From Thermoanaerobaculia bacterium (GTDB lineage Bacteria; Acidobacteriota; Thermoanaerobaculia; Multivoradales; UBA5704), in the NCBI GenBank assembly GCA_039918595.1, contig JBDSHF010000028.1:5370-69369 (forward strand): a stretch of 64,000 nt of DNA, written 5' to 3'. Numbering within the stretch: the first letter of the stretch is position 1; the number at the start of each line of letters is the position of its first letter. The notes beneath the pieces were generated by a model, which saw only the letters and a program-made list of their open reading frames with translations, searched no databases and was not told the origin of the DNA. The position numbers and the translations under genes are program-made. Shown piece by piece: positions 1 through 9,099 of this stretch.

Positions 1-417
1 GGGCCGCACTGCTTGGCACCGTACTTAGTGCCGCTGTTGCAGGAGGTCTTCGCCGACGCTGAGAAGTCGATAGGCAGCGAGATGGTGGAGTCGTCGGTGA
101 AGCGCACTTTCACGTCGAGCGGTGCGGCGGACTGCGACCACTGCGTACCGACCGGGATGGCGACCGAGCCGTCCTTTAGGTCCAGGGCGCCTTGGAGCAC
201 CCGGTCGTCGAGCACCTGATCGCCAACCCGGACTTCGAGGATCTCACTCCGCCGGGCACCGGCGACGTAGATAGTCAGCTCGCCGTTGGAGAACTCCCAG
301 GCGATGCCGTGGCCGTGGTCTTCCGCCTGTGCGGCGACCGGGGCGAGGAGGGAAACTATGGCGAAAAGTGCAACTGTGAGGAGCAGGGTGTGCTGTTTTG
401 TAAAGTTCACTGTTAGC
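1..417 (-). CDS. Partial secreted protein of unknown function (N-terminal part; gene runs off window start)
   Basis: My own translation of the minus strand from a GTG at 415-417, preceded by AAGGAGG. It gives MNFTKQHTLLLTVALFAIVSLLAPVAAQA (signal-peptide-like) followed by a hydrophilic domain. The frame stays open to position 1. It is absent from the ORF track because it has a GTG start and no stop in the window. Confidence 0.4.
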
Positions 418-857
418 CTCCTTGGCTTCTTCAGCGTTTTGCATGTCTCTCGATCGAGTACACGTCGGGCTGCTTGGGACAAGGAGGGAGCGCGCTTTGA
501 CAGAGAAAATCAAGGAGGTTATACTTGTAAGTGGCTTTCCTGAGCGTTCTTGTCTCCGCTAAAAGATTGGACGCTTTAGGAATCTGTCACAAGGGCGCTC
601 CCCAAGAGCGCCTTTTCTATTTTACCTTCAGCATTTCCACCTCCTTATCCCCTAAATTGAAGAAGGCCGCCTGAAGTTCGGGCGGCCTTTCTCATTTACC
701 TCTGACCTAAGCCCCGCTCGCCACGGGGCAGCCGCGTTCCAGGTCTCAGAGGCGCTCTTCTCATATGGCTGGAGAGTACAACCGATCCAATCAAGCTGTC
801 AAGCAAGGTAAGTCGCCATGGCCATCTCTCGGAGTGACCAAAAACTTCCTATGAGAA

Positions 858-1115
858 TTGGGAGCACGACAAACACGAACCGGAGTTCCGGTATTGGCCG
901 GAGATCATTGCCTTCTCCGGGTACGACCCAAGGCGCGAGCCCGAGACTCTCGCGCGAAGAACCCAGGCCACACGCAAGAAGCAAGGTCTCAGCGGGAGCT
1001 TGCCCGGCGTCTCGGGCTCGACCCTTCGACCATCACCGCTTGGGAAGCCGGGACGGTGAAGAGACCCTCCCCTCGGTTCGTCCGGCTATTTGAGGAGTAC
1101 GTGGAGAGTGCCTGA
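858..1115 (+). CDS. Possible small HTH protein (XRE-like helix at C-terminus); start uncertain
   Basis: C-terminal QRELARRLGLDPSTITAWEAG resembles an HTH_XRE recognition helix. The N-terminal part is Arg-rich and of low complexity, so this may be a shorter gene or spurious. Confidence 0.3.
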   Translation: MGARQTRTGVPVLAGDHCLLRVRPKARARDSRAKNPGHTQEARSQRELARRLGLDPSTITAWEAGTVKRPSPRFVRLFEEYVESA

Positions 1116-1122
1116 AAACCAC

Positions 1123-1152
1123 AACCCCAGGAGTCACCTCCTGGGGTTTTTG
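1123..1152. terminator. Putative bidirectional intrinsic terminator (GC hairpin ccccaggag/ctcctgggg plus T5)
   Basis: Perfect 9-bp stem with a 4-nt loop followed by ttttt. It lies between the convergent ORFs 858-1115 (+) and 1170-1400 (-). Confidence 0.5.
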
Positions 1153-1169
1153 ACTTGGCCTATAACGGC

Positions 1170-1400
1170 CTAGTGCTTGCTGTCCTTGGGAGGATTTGGA
1201 TCGTTCCCGTACGAGTCGGAATCCCTGATCGTGCCATCGCGCCGGTGGATGACCACCTCCGACCTCTGGTTGATCGCGATTTCCCTTGCCCTCGCGGCGG
1301 CTTCAGCTTGGGTGTCGTGAATCGACGTGACCTTCCCGTTGCCTTCGCCCCGAACTGCCCATTCTCCATCGTGGGGAACTACATGCTGGTCCTTGCCCAT
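1170..1400 (-). CDS. DUF2188-like small protein
   Basis: 76 aa. The motif HRRDGTIRDSDSYGNDPNPPKD is typical of the DUF2188 family. Confidence 0.5.
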   Translation of the reverse strand: MGKDQHVVPHDGEWAVRGEGNGKVTSIHDTQAEAAARAREIAINQRSEVVIHRRDGTIRDSDSYGNDPNPPKDSKH

Positions 1401-2159
1401 GGCGTTGGACCTCCTTCTACGTCAGCGGACGGCACTGACTTCTGATTGAGTAGGGGACCCCGTCCTGGTCCGATGCTGCTTACACTGCAACGATCCTATC
1501 AGGCTTGAAGAAGGAAAAGCAAGGAAAAACACAACATACGGTATCGATACCCTACCTGATACCCCATCTGTTGTGGATGTCGTGGGGGAGCTGGACACAC
1601 CGGGGCATCCCCTCTGGTAGGGGGGCGGCCGACAGGCCGTGAGGTGTTTGGGCACTAGTCCTGTTGTAGGCGCTGGCCGGCTCCGCTGCCTTATTCCCCC
1701 ACGCTTCCGCGCTCCCCCAGGTGGGACCGGGACGTTGCCCCTAAAACGCACCTCGAAAAGTGCGAGTGCTGGATCGACTACCAGCCCGTAGCCCGGATTT
1801 CGTGCAGCGAACAAAGGAGCCCCTCTCGGCTCCTACCGACGGTCGGCGGCTTCGACTCCCACGTCGGGGCTCTGCCACCCCGACTACCTCGCTCTTTTGG
1901 CGCCTCACGGCGGCGGGAAGAGAGCTGTGCTTGACCCCTAGACTGTGCCGTACCGCTTACGTCCAACTACTGCCCCCGAACCTACACCCTAAAAGACTGC
2001 GAGGTCAAGAGAAAACCACAAGATCTTGTGGCGGTGACCAGCGGAGTATGGATCTATAAGGGTAAGGCGATGCCTTGGCGGAAGGCATGCGGGAAGGCTT
2101 TAAGAAAGGTATCCTGCGGCCTACCAGTTACTTCGCTCCGATGAGCTAAGGAGAGGAAA

Positions 2160-2417
2160 ATGCACACCAGCAGCATTGTTAATAGTCTAGGGCTCGTCAT
2201 CAACATTATTGGTACTTTTTTCGTATGGAAGTATGCACTTCCAAAAACTTTAGACCCAAGCGGCGTACGCCTCCGCACTCGCTCAGGGCTTGATCCGGAA
2301 GGTCCAAGCGACGAGAAGCTGCTCTTCCGCTCTCGGAACGAGCTTGGTTTCAAGTTCCTCCTGTTTGGATTTTTCCTCCAGCTCGCCAGCAATTTCCTGC
2401 AACAGCTAGGTCACTGA
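2160..2417 (+). CDS. Small membrane protein (2 predicted TM helices), AT-rich gene
   Basis: Strong RBS (AAGGAGAGG) 5 nt upstream of the ATG. Hydrophobic segments LGLVINIIGTFFVW and FKFLLFGFFLQLASNFL. Local GC is well below the window average. Confidence 0.45.
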   Translation: MHTSSIVNSLGLVINIIGTFFVWKYALPKTLDPSGVRLRTRSGLDPEGPSDEKLLFRSRNELGFKFLLFGFFLQLASNFLQQLGH

Positions 2418-2691
2418 CCGACGACGGACCTTAGACAGATTTTGCCCGCCTCCAAGTACTCCTCACACTTGCGACCACTCCCGGTGAGGAAATCGCAGGG
2501 CTTGCCGATACCTCCATTTTCGATCGCTCCTTGTGTACGTCTCAAGGTAACTTGTTCTCTGCTAAGAAAATGTCTCTGACCTGCCGGCGATTAGTCGGCT
2601 CTCGACAAGTAGCGCACCATCCCTCCAAGCAGCGAGTCCCTCGTCGGCCATGGTGGCTTGCTAGGGCGATTCGCTGCGGAAGGGAGTCGCT

Positions 2692-2973
2692 ATGGCTGGG
2701 TTCCATGTCCGAAAGATCGCGGCCGCTCTGTCCCTCGCCCTTCTCCTTGGAGGCGTCCCCTGCCGAGGAGAGTCGCGAAGAAGTCGTCCGGGAACGACAC
2801 CTCGGCCGGGAGAGAGCATCCAAGAGGAAGTCTCGAGGATCTTCCGCCACGTGTTTGGAAGCATCTTCGAGAAGACCGGGAACACTCTCGACCCGAACGG
2901 AGGCACGCGGCCGACGGCTCCGCCAAGCGGGGCTTCCTCGGACACCGGCAACACGCTTGACCCGAACGGATAA
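2692..2973 (+). CDS. Small secreted protein with duplicated GNTLDPNG motif
   Basis: RBS GAAGGGAG. Signal-peptide-like N-terminus KIAAALSLALLLGG. Two copies of TGNTLDPNGG, visible as a 27-nt direct repeat at the DNA level. Confidence 0.4.
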   Translation: MAGFHVRKIAAALSLALLLGGVPCRGESRRSRPGTTPRPGESIQEEVSRIFRHVFGSIFEKTGNTLDPNGGTRPTAPPSGASSDTGNTLDPNG

Positions 2974-2980
2974 CGAAACG

Positions 2981-3016
2981 CGGGGCGGGGCCTTCAGGGG
3001 CTCCGTCCCCTTTTTC
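2981..3016 (+). terminator. Putative intrinsic terminator after 2692-2973
   Basis: GC-rich imperfect hairpin (ggggcgggg...ccgtcccc) followed by ttttt. Confidence 0.35.
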
Positions 3017-3097
3017 CAGCATGTCACCTTCTTCTAGGTTACAACACCTTCTTTTCTAGGTACTATTCGCCTCACGAGAGAAAGGAGGGGGCACCCG

Positions 3098-4426
3098 GTG
3101 TCAAACATAGAGCACGAGCACCTGACGAGGGAGATGTTGGAGAGGTACTTCAGCACGACGCCAATTGAAGAAGTCAGCCACATGCTTCTGCATCTCCTCG
3201 CCGTCTGTCCCGAATGCCGGGAAGCGGGCGGGAGCATTCTTGCTGCCTACGAAGCGGGGGCGATCGGGATCCAGTTCTCCTCGGTCGATGTCGATCTCTT
3301 CGCGTCCAGAAGAGCCGCACGAGACCTTTGGGAGACTATCAAGCCGCTTTCCTCTGAGGACCAGCTCCGCCTGATCCGGACTGCTGACGAGTATGTAAGC
3401 TGGGGTCTTACTGAACTCCTATCGAGGGAGAGCAAGAAAGCGGGACCGCGGGACCCGTCCCGGGCGGTCGACCTCGCTTTGCTCGCCGTCGAGGTGGCAA
3501 AGCGCCTGGGCGAATGGCAGCCCTGCGAGAAGTACTGGCTCTATGAACTGCGCGCCTATGCCTTCGCCCACCTTGCGTCTGCGTACCGCATCTCGGGCAA
3601 CATGCGCGAAGCGGAGAAGGCCCAGAAGCGAGCCGACGGATGGTGGAAGGAAGGGGCGGCGAGCATGGGCGACATTCTGGGCTACGAGCCCGAGATCCTC
3701 TCCCTCAAGGCGTCTCTCCGGAAAGACCAGCGCCGCTTCGATGATGCGCTCGTGCTCCTGGACGAGGTTGTCGGGATCTACCTTGCCGGAGACCCCGAGA
3801 CCCAAGACCTGCACATGGCGGGGAGCACGTTCGTCCTCAAGGCGAAGACTTTCGAGGAAATGGGAAACCTCGAAGAGGCGCTTGCCTTCCTGCGAGAAGC
3901 TTCACCCTTGATTGACCCCGAGCGCGAGCCGCGACTCCTCCTCTGCGTGCAGCACAACCTCCTCGACTACCTCTCAAATCTTGGGCGCCCCGAGGACGCG
4001 AGAGCGATGCTTCCCAAGGTCTGGAAGCTCTCCCGGGAACTTGGAAACGAACTCGACATGGTCAGGCTTACCTGGACCGAGGGACTCATTCTAGCCGCGC
4101 TCAACGAGACTCTTCCGGCGGCAAAGCTTCTTCTCTCCGCCCGTGCCGAGTTCATCTCCCGAAACATGGGCTATGACGCTGCTCTCGTTTCTCTCAACCT
4201 TGCTCTCATCTACGCCAAAGAAGGCCGCGTCGCAGCGATCGCGGACCTCGCCCGGGAGATGGTCCCCATCTTCGACGCCCAGGATGTCCACCGCGAAGCG
4301 CTCGCCGCTCTCGCGGTCTTCCATCGAGCAGCGCTCCATGAGCACGCGACGGCCGAGCTCGTCGGGAAAGTCGCCCGCTATCTCGAAACGGCGAGAGGAA
4401 ATCCGGGGTTGAAGTTCGAGGAGTAG
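3098..4426 (+). CDS. Zinc-finger (ZAS-like H-x4-C-x2-C) plus TPR-like protein; orphan paralog of the putative anti-sigma factors at 37440, 40508 and 41907
   Basis: GTG start 6 nt after AAAGGAGGGGG. N-terminal HLLAVCPECREAG motif. Long helical-repeat body. Conserved blocks shared with the paralogs: ASLRKDQRRFDDALVLLDEV and REALAALAVFHRAA. No sigma gene is adjacent. Confidence 0.75.
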   Translation: MSNIEHEHLTREMLERYFSTTPIEEVSHMLLHLLAVCPECREAGGSILAAYEAGAIGIQFSSVDVDLFASRRAARDLWETIKPLSSEDQLRLIRTADEYVSWGLTELLSRESKKAGPRDPSRAVDLALLAVEVAKRLGEWQPCEKYWLYELRAYAFAHLASAYRISGNMREAEKAQKRADGWWKEGAASMGDILGYEPEILSLKASLRKDQRRFDDALVLLDEVVGIYLAGDPETQDLHMAGSTFVLKAKTFEEMGNLEEALAFLREASPLIDPEREPRLLLCVQHNLLDYLSNLGRPEDARAMLPKVWKLSRELGNELDMVRLTWTEGLILAALNETLPAAKLLLSARAEFISRNMGYDAALVSLNLALIYAKEGRVAAIADLAREMVPIFDAQDVHREALAALAVFHRAALHEHATAELVGKVARYLETARGNPGLKFEE

Positions 4427-4439
4427 GGAGGACGGCAGG

Positions 4440-5069
4440 TCAGAGCACCTTGTCCGCCCAGAGGTATCGCTTGCCGAACGTGAAGCCATGCCGCTCCAGG
4501 AACCTGACGACCGAGCAGCGGGTCACTTCCCCGTCCGTATAGGCAAACCCCCCGACACTCAGGGTGCCGGGGGGAATCTGCCTGAAGAGAGTCGCCATAA
4601 GCTGCGTTGCCACACCCGCGCCCCGGTACTCCCCGATCACCCCGAGGTGCCAGATGTAGACGGTCGGCCCCTCGACGGTCGCATGAACGAATCCCCAGAG
4701 GCGGCGGGCATTCTCGGCAAGGAGGGAGATCGCATTCGGCGCGAAGAGGCGCCGGCCAAACTCTATCTCTCCCATAAAGCCGGAAAGCGAACTTGCCTGC
4801 AACTCGGGAATTCGGAGGGCGAGCCGATAGACCCACCCGAGATCAGCCGGCTCGACCCGGCGGACCTTTACGCCGAGGATGACGTGCTTCTGCGTTTGCC
4901 TGAGGTACGCTTCGTCGGCGATGTCCGCGAGCCGTTCGACCTCACGGCCACCAACAACGGAGAGCCAGTCCCCGACAGAGTCGAAACCGGTGTGCTTTGC
5001 CGTGCGCTCCCAAGCCGCGCTCTGCTCATCGTCCACCTTGACCGTGTAGGTCCTGAGCTTCCGTGCCAT
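4440..5069 (-). CDS. GNAT family N-acetyltransferase
   Basis: GNAT motif A: IWHLGVIGEYRGAGVATQLMATL (Q/R-x-x-G-x-G/A). Confidence 0.7.
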   Translation of the reverse strand: MARKLRTYTVKVDDEQSAAWERTAKHTGFDSVGDWLSVVGGREVERLADIADEAYLRQTQKHVILGVKVRRVEPADLGWVYRLALRIPELQASSLSGFMGEIEFGRRLFAPNAISLLAENARRLWGFVHATVEGPTVYIWHLGVIGEYRGAGVATQLMATLFRQIPPGTLSVGGFAYTDGEVTRCSVVRFLERHGFTFGKRYLWADKVL

Positions 5070-5260
5070 GAAACCTCTTCAAAAACGGAGTGTTTAGAGC
5101 TTCTTGCATCGGGGAGGCGGGGGCGATCCAGAGGGGCCATCCCCTCGCGGTTCACCGAGGCTCAGAGCGCCTTCTTCCGCTGTAGCGCAGATACGAGTCG
5201 AGAAGGAAAAGTCGTTTCCTGAAAGTCTCATTGCGTGCCGCAGAGTAGCAAAAATTACCG

Positions 5261-5289
5261 TTGCAAGGAAAGTCGAGATCGAGTAGAGT
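5261..5289 (+). promoter_or_regulatory. Candidate sigma70-like promoter TTGCAA-17nt-TAGAGT; the predicted TSS coincides with the ATG at 5297 (possible leaderless repressor mRNA)
   Basis: -35 TTGCAA at 5261-5266 and -10 TAGAGT at 5284-5289, read directly from the sequence. No SD sequence before the 5297 ATG. Confidence 0.3.
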
Positions 5290-5296
5290 CGCGTCT

Positions 5297-5650
5297 ATGA
5301 GTGCCACTCCGCTTACGGACGCCCTTCTCCCGGACCTGGGACTGGCTTTTCGTTTCCTGCGGGAGCAACGACGAATGCAGCAAGCCGAACTCGCCCGGCG
5401 GGCGCATATAGGGAAGTCGCAGGTCTCCCTCTACGAGAACGGAAAGCAGGCGCCGAACTTGGAGACGATGCTCCGCCTTCTCGCCGCTCTCGAAGCGGAC
5501 TTCCATGACCTTCACAACGCCATCAAGATTGCCGGAGGGAAGCTCGATCAAGTGTGCTCCGGCATGCCGAATCGGGACGAGCAGGCGGCGGCTGAAAAGA
5601 TCGCCCAGGGCCTCGCGCTTCTCCTTCAGCTCCCCCGCAAATCGAACTAG
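5297..5650 (+). CDS. XRE-family HTH transcriptional regulator (paralog of 8249-8671)
   Basis: HTH_XRE signature QAELARRAHIGKSQVSLYENGKQAPNLETMLRLLAAL. The track ORF starts at 5261, but the later ATG fits the promoter geometry better. Confidence 0.65.
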   Translation: MSATPLTDALLPDLGLAFRFLREQRRMQQAELARRAHIGKSQVSLYENGKQAPNLETMLRLLAALEADFHDLHNAIKIAGGKLDQVCSGMPNRDEQAAAEKIAQGLALLLQLPRKSN

Positions 5651-5655
5651 CCGCT

Positions 5656-6033
5656 TCACGACAAACGCTCCACGGTCGAGAGGATCGTCTCAAGGAACTC
5701 CACGACGGCACTTCTGTGCCGAGGAAGGAGCGCCTGGAGGCGGAGCAGGGACCCGACGAGTTCCGTGTTCACGGAATCTCGCGCAGGCTCGCCGATGAGG
5801 CTCCCGAGAGTAATTCCAAATGCAAGCGAGAGCTGGTAGAGGGTATAGGTTCGAGGGAGCATGAGACCGGCCTCGTACCGCTCGACATAAGCGCGAGGAA
5901 GCCGGAGAACTGTCGCAAGATCCGCCTCGGTCCACCCTCGCTCAAGACGGAAGCTCCTGATTTTCGATCCGATGAGCGCGGCGAGATCGCGCCGCTTTCG
6001 AGGTGGAGGTATTTCTCGCATGCCCGAGATCAT
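5656..6033 (-). CDS. XRE-family HTH regulator
   Basis: WTEADLATVLRLPRAYVERYEAGLMLPRTYTLYQLSLAFG is an HTH_XRE-like segment. Confidence 0.6.
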   Translation of the reverse strand: MISGMREIPPPRKRRDLAALIGSKIRSFRLERGWTEADLATVLRLPRAYVERYEAGLMLPRTYTLYQLSLAFGITLGSLIGEPARDSVNTELVGSLLRLQALLPRHRSAVVEFLETILSTVERLS

Positions 6034-6232
6034 CCCGGAAACGCCGCCCCCTTGTCAACCCATATGCCGCCTCTGAGGCGGCATATGGGAGACAGCCCTC
6101 CTTTTTTAGACCGCGCCATCGGTAGCGAAGAAGGGCGCCTAATCGCCGGATTACGTGCCACACTACCCGGCGAGATTATGGACCGGCATGCCGTGGCGGC
6201 TCGCCTGAGTTCCATGATCCTGCGAGGCGACT

Positions 6233-6502
6233 ATGACTAGACGGTCTTGTTTCGGAGGAGCGGTCATCGCATTGTCCCTACTCGTTTGGCTCGGAGGATC
6301 TCGTCCGGTGAACGCGTCGCCATTCACCGCGGCAAGCATCGCTGAGCGCGTTCAGGCAATCCTGCCCAACTCTTTGGAGCGGATGCTCGATGCGCTCTCC
6401 CGGCGAGAGCATCCCCGCCGGCCTCTCAAGTGCAGTGGCGGTATCGATCCGAACGGGAAGCCCAGTCCCGCGCCGCCACCTTGCACCGCCTGCGGTAGCT
6501 GA
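6233..6502 (+). CDS. Possible small secreted/membrane-anchored protein
   Basis: N-terminal hydrophobic segment CFGGAVIALSLLVWLGG. Contains DPNG, as in 2692-2973. Weak evidence. Confidence 0.3.
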   Translation: MTRRSCFGGAVIALSLLVWLGGSRPVNASPFTAASIAERVQAILPNSLERMLDALSRREHPRRPLKCSGGIDPNGKPSPAPPPCTACGS

Positions 6503-6561
6503 AACCTCGCTTCCCCAAGCCGCTCAAGAGATCGGCCTGGGGAAGCTTTTCCTTCAACTCC

Positions 6562-7590
6562 GTGCGAGAATACGACGCACCAGGGGGCATAGTGACGAAG
6601 GACTCTGACGAGCTTCAAGACATCGATCTTCTCCTAGAGGAGAGCCGGGCGCATCGCTTCAGCGATCCCGAGAGGGTCGTCTATCTCGCCGAGCTAGCGC
6701 GTGCGGCAGCCGACCGGCTTCAAGTCTCCGTTCACGGGCGCGCCGCGGTGGCTGACACGCGGGCAAAGGTCTGGACGGAACTGGCAAACGCCTATCGCCT
6801 GTCAGACGAGCTTGATCGGGCTGAAGAAGCGCTCGGCCGGGCAGTGCGTCACTTCGAGGAAGGCAGCCGGCACCCCGATCTTCTCGCTCGTATCGTCGAC
6901 CGCTTCGCTACGCTCCTTTGCTACCGCCGCCGTTTCGATGAGGCCCTCGCCCTGCTTGATCGCCTCGCATCCTTCTACCTCGCGAGAGGAGATCGCCATC
7001 TCGCCGGCAGGACCCTCGTCACCCGTGGTCTCTATACAGAGAACGCGGGCGAAGCTCTGCGGGCAATCGAATTCACCCGCCGGGGCCTTGAGCTTATCGA
7101 CCCGGCCCGAGATCCCCACCTTCTCCTCGCGGGGGTGCATAACCTCCTCTGGTGTGCAAGCGCCCTCGGGCGGTACGCCCTGATCGAGCGCCTAGTGCCC
7201 CGGGTTCGCTTCCTCTACGGAGACGACCGGCTGAACGTACTTCGCCTTGAGTGGGTGGAGGCGCGGGCAGCCTTCGGACTCGGTAGAGGAGAGGAGGCGG
7301 AACGGCTTTATGAGAAGGTCCGGGCCGGCTTTGCCGATGCCGGGCTCATCTTTCCTACCAGCCTCGTCTCTCTAGAGCTGGCTCTTGTCTGGTTGTCACG
7401 GGGGCGGACAAGTGAGGTCGCCCTGCTTGCGGGCGAGCTTGCGACCGCCTTCCAGGGACTGAAAGTCGGACGGGAGGTCATCGTATCGCTCCTCCTCCTT
7501 CGGCGGGCAATAGAAGAGGGGCGTGCCCTTGACGAGCTGGAGGGTAGGATTCGGTCTCTCGCGATCTCGATCCGCTCTCTGGAACGGTAG
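6562..7590 (+). CDS. TPR-like protein, N-terminally shorter paralog of 3098-4426 (no zinc-finger motif)
   Basis: Shares the helical-repeat architecture and conserved blocks with the ZAS-TPR family (e.g. DPHLLLAGVHNLLWCASALGRY aligns with PRLLLCVQHNLLDYLSNLGRP). Confidence 0.65.
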   Translation: MREYDAPGGIVTKDSDELQDIDLLLEESRAHRFSDPERVVYLAELARAAADRLQVSVHGRAAVADTRAKVWTELANAYRLSDELDRAEEALGRAVRHFEEGSRHPDLLARIVDRFATLLCYRRRFDEALALLDRLASFYLARGDRHLAGRTLVTRGLYTENAGEALRAIEFTRRGLELIDPARDPHLLLAGVHNLLWCASALGRYALIERLVPRVRFLYGDDRLNVLRLEWVEARAAFGLGRGEEAERLYEKVRAGFADAGLIFPTSLVSLELALVWLSRGRTSEVALLAGELATAFQGLKVGREVIVSLLLLRRAIEEGRALDELEGRIRSLAISIRSLER

Positions 7591-7594
7591 CGCC

Positions 7595-7984
7595 CTACTC
7601 CTTACGAGGAGTGGGCGAACCCTTCTTGCTCGCTCGAATTGTCTTATGCACTGTCTCCTCTATCCGCCGGTCAAGCTCCTCTTCGCTCATGGCGGGAGGC
7701 AGGAGGATCGGGTCAGGAGCGTGCCCTTGCGAGAGTTCCTTCATGAGCCGGTCTGACAGCGGTATCTCTTTGTAGACAAGCCTGAAAAATACAAGGGGCT
7801 CCACTCTCAGCACCTGGAGGACTTCCAGGAGCTGGCGGAGCTTGATCTCCCATTGCCCCTTGAGGAGCTTGGTGAGGGAACTCTTGGCCCATCCCACACT
7901 GCGCTCAATCTCTCTCTTCGACGTCCCGGAACGGCTGATGAGTTCCTGGAGGACATCGATGTACCGGCGTATTTCCTCGTCCAT
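7595..7984 (-). CDS. HTH regulator (XRE-like)
   Basis: SKREIERSVGWAKSSLTKLLKGQWEIKLRQLLEVLQVL resembles the helix-turn-helix of the neighbouring regulators. Confidence 0.55.
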   Translation of the reverse strand: MDEEIRRYIDVLQELISRSGTSKREIERSVGWAKSSLTKLLKGQWEIKLRQLLEVLQVLRVEPLVFFRLVYKEIPLSDRLMKELSQGHAPDPILLPPAMSEEELDRRIEETVHKTIRASKKGSPTPRKE

Positions 7985-8248
7985 CGCGGCCTCATTCTAC
8001 TCCAGTGTCCGCGTCTGAAGCCCAAACTTATCCGTCTCGGGTCGCTGCATCGGCCATGAAGAGCCGGTATAGAAACTCGGGAACCTCGGCGGGAGATGGT
8101 CTTCGCACGTCCATGCTTGTTTCTTCCTTCAGACACTACGACGCGCCGGAGTTCACGGCTGTAGATTCCCTAAGTCGTTCTAGATGATCGACTTGTGAGA
8201 GATACCTGTGGGGGAGGATAGAAGTCGTCTCGATAGCATATCTTCCGC

Positions 8249-8671
8249 ATGGACATGTTCCGGAACACGGGCTTAGGTCTACGCATTCTCCGAGAGTGGC
8301 GGGGAAAGAGCATCAGGGCGCTTGCCGCCGAGGCGGGAATCGGAAAGAGCCAGCTCTCGAAGTATGAGAATGGGAGGGAGCTTCCCAAACTTGACTCCCT
8401 ACAAAAGATATTACGGGCGCTCTCTGTCGGTTCCGTCGATTTCTTCTCCCTGACTACGCTTCTCGACAGGAAGCTCGAAAGCCTCTCGAATCCGGAGAGG
8501 ACTGACGATCTTCTTACGCTTCAATCGTTCGGCCTATTTACCCCTGAGATCACGGCAGCCTTCGAGAAGATCATGAGCGCCGTCCTGGAGGCTCACCACC
8601 TGGTTGTTCGTGAACTCGCCTTGAAAGTCACAGAACTAAAGACCCGAACAGTGAGAGAGCCCCATGACTAA
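8249..8671 (+). CDS. XRE-family HTH regulator (paralog of 5297-5650)
   Basis: IRALAAEAGIGKSQLSKYENGRELPKLDSLQKILRAL is near-identical in pattern to 5297-5650. Confidence 0.7.
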   Translation: MDMFRNTGLGLRILREWRGKSIRALAAEAGIGKSQLSKYENGRELPKLDSLQKILRALSVGSVDFFSLTTLLDRKLESLSNPERTDDLLTLQSFGLFTPEITAAFEKIMSAVLEAHHLVVRELALKVTELKTRTVREPHD

Positions 8672-9092
8672 AGAAGAAATCGATGCGCTCGGAACGTATA
8701 TTTTACGCTCTCTTGGAGAGAGCCTGTCACTCATCCGCCAAACGGAAGCCTCGATTCTCTATCCTCCATTCGCCAAGATCGTGGCGAGCTTTACCTCTAT
8801 GGTCTTCGGGTTGGCTCTCGCCGAGGAACCGGTCTTCTTGCCGAGTGAGGCCCACTTCCTGGCGGCGGCGCTCTCCGACCTCGTGTCCGTACGAGACTTT
8901 CTGAAGAAAACTGCGAACCGGGAGATGCCACCGGAAACTCGTCAGTTCATGCGAGAGCAGTCGCGCGCGATCGGAACGGTATGCAAAAACTTTGAACGGC
9001 GAATTAAGGGGCTTTCCGAAGAGAAGCGCGAATCCATAGTGGTCTTTCGTCCGCGTGAGCAAGCGAGCACGAAGAAAAAATCTGGCTCTTAG
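8664..9092 (+). CDS. Hypothetical protein, translationally coupled to the upstream HTH gene (ATG overlaps the upstream stop region)
   Basis: ATGACTAAAG overlaps the TAA stop of 8249-8671. No recognisable motif. Confidence 0.45.
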   Translation: MTKEEIDALGTYILRSLGESLSLIRQTEASILYPPFAKIVASFTSMVFGLALAEEPVFLPSEAHFLAAALSDLVSVRDFLKKTANREMPPETRQFMREQSRAIGTVCKNFERRIKGLSEEKRESIVVFRPREQASTKKKSGS

Positions 9093-9099
9093 AAAGGAA

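Noticed and set aside
1840-1900. TTCGACTCCC segment that briefly suggested a tRNA/tmRNA-like T-arm
   Set aside because: The flanking sequence does not form a 5-bp stem with a 7-nt loop, and there is no acceptor stem or CCA context. It is not a tRNA or tmRNA.
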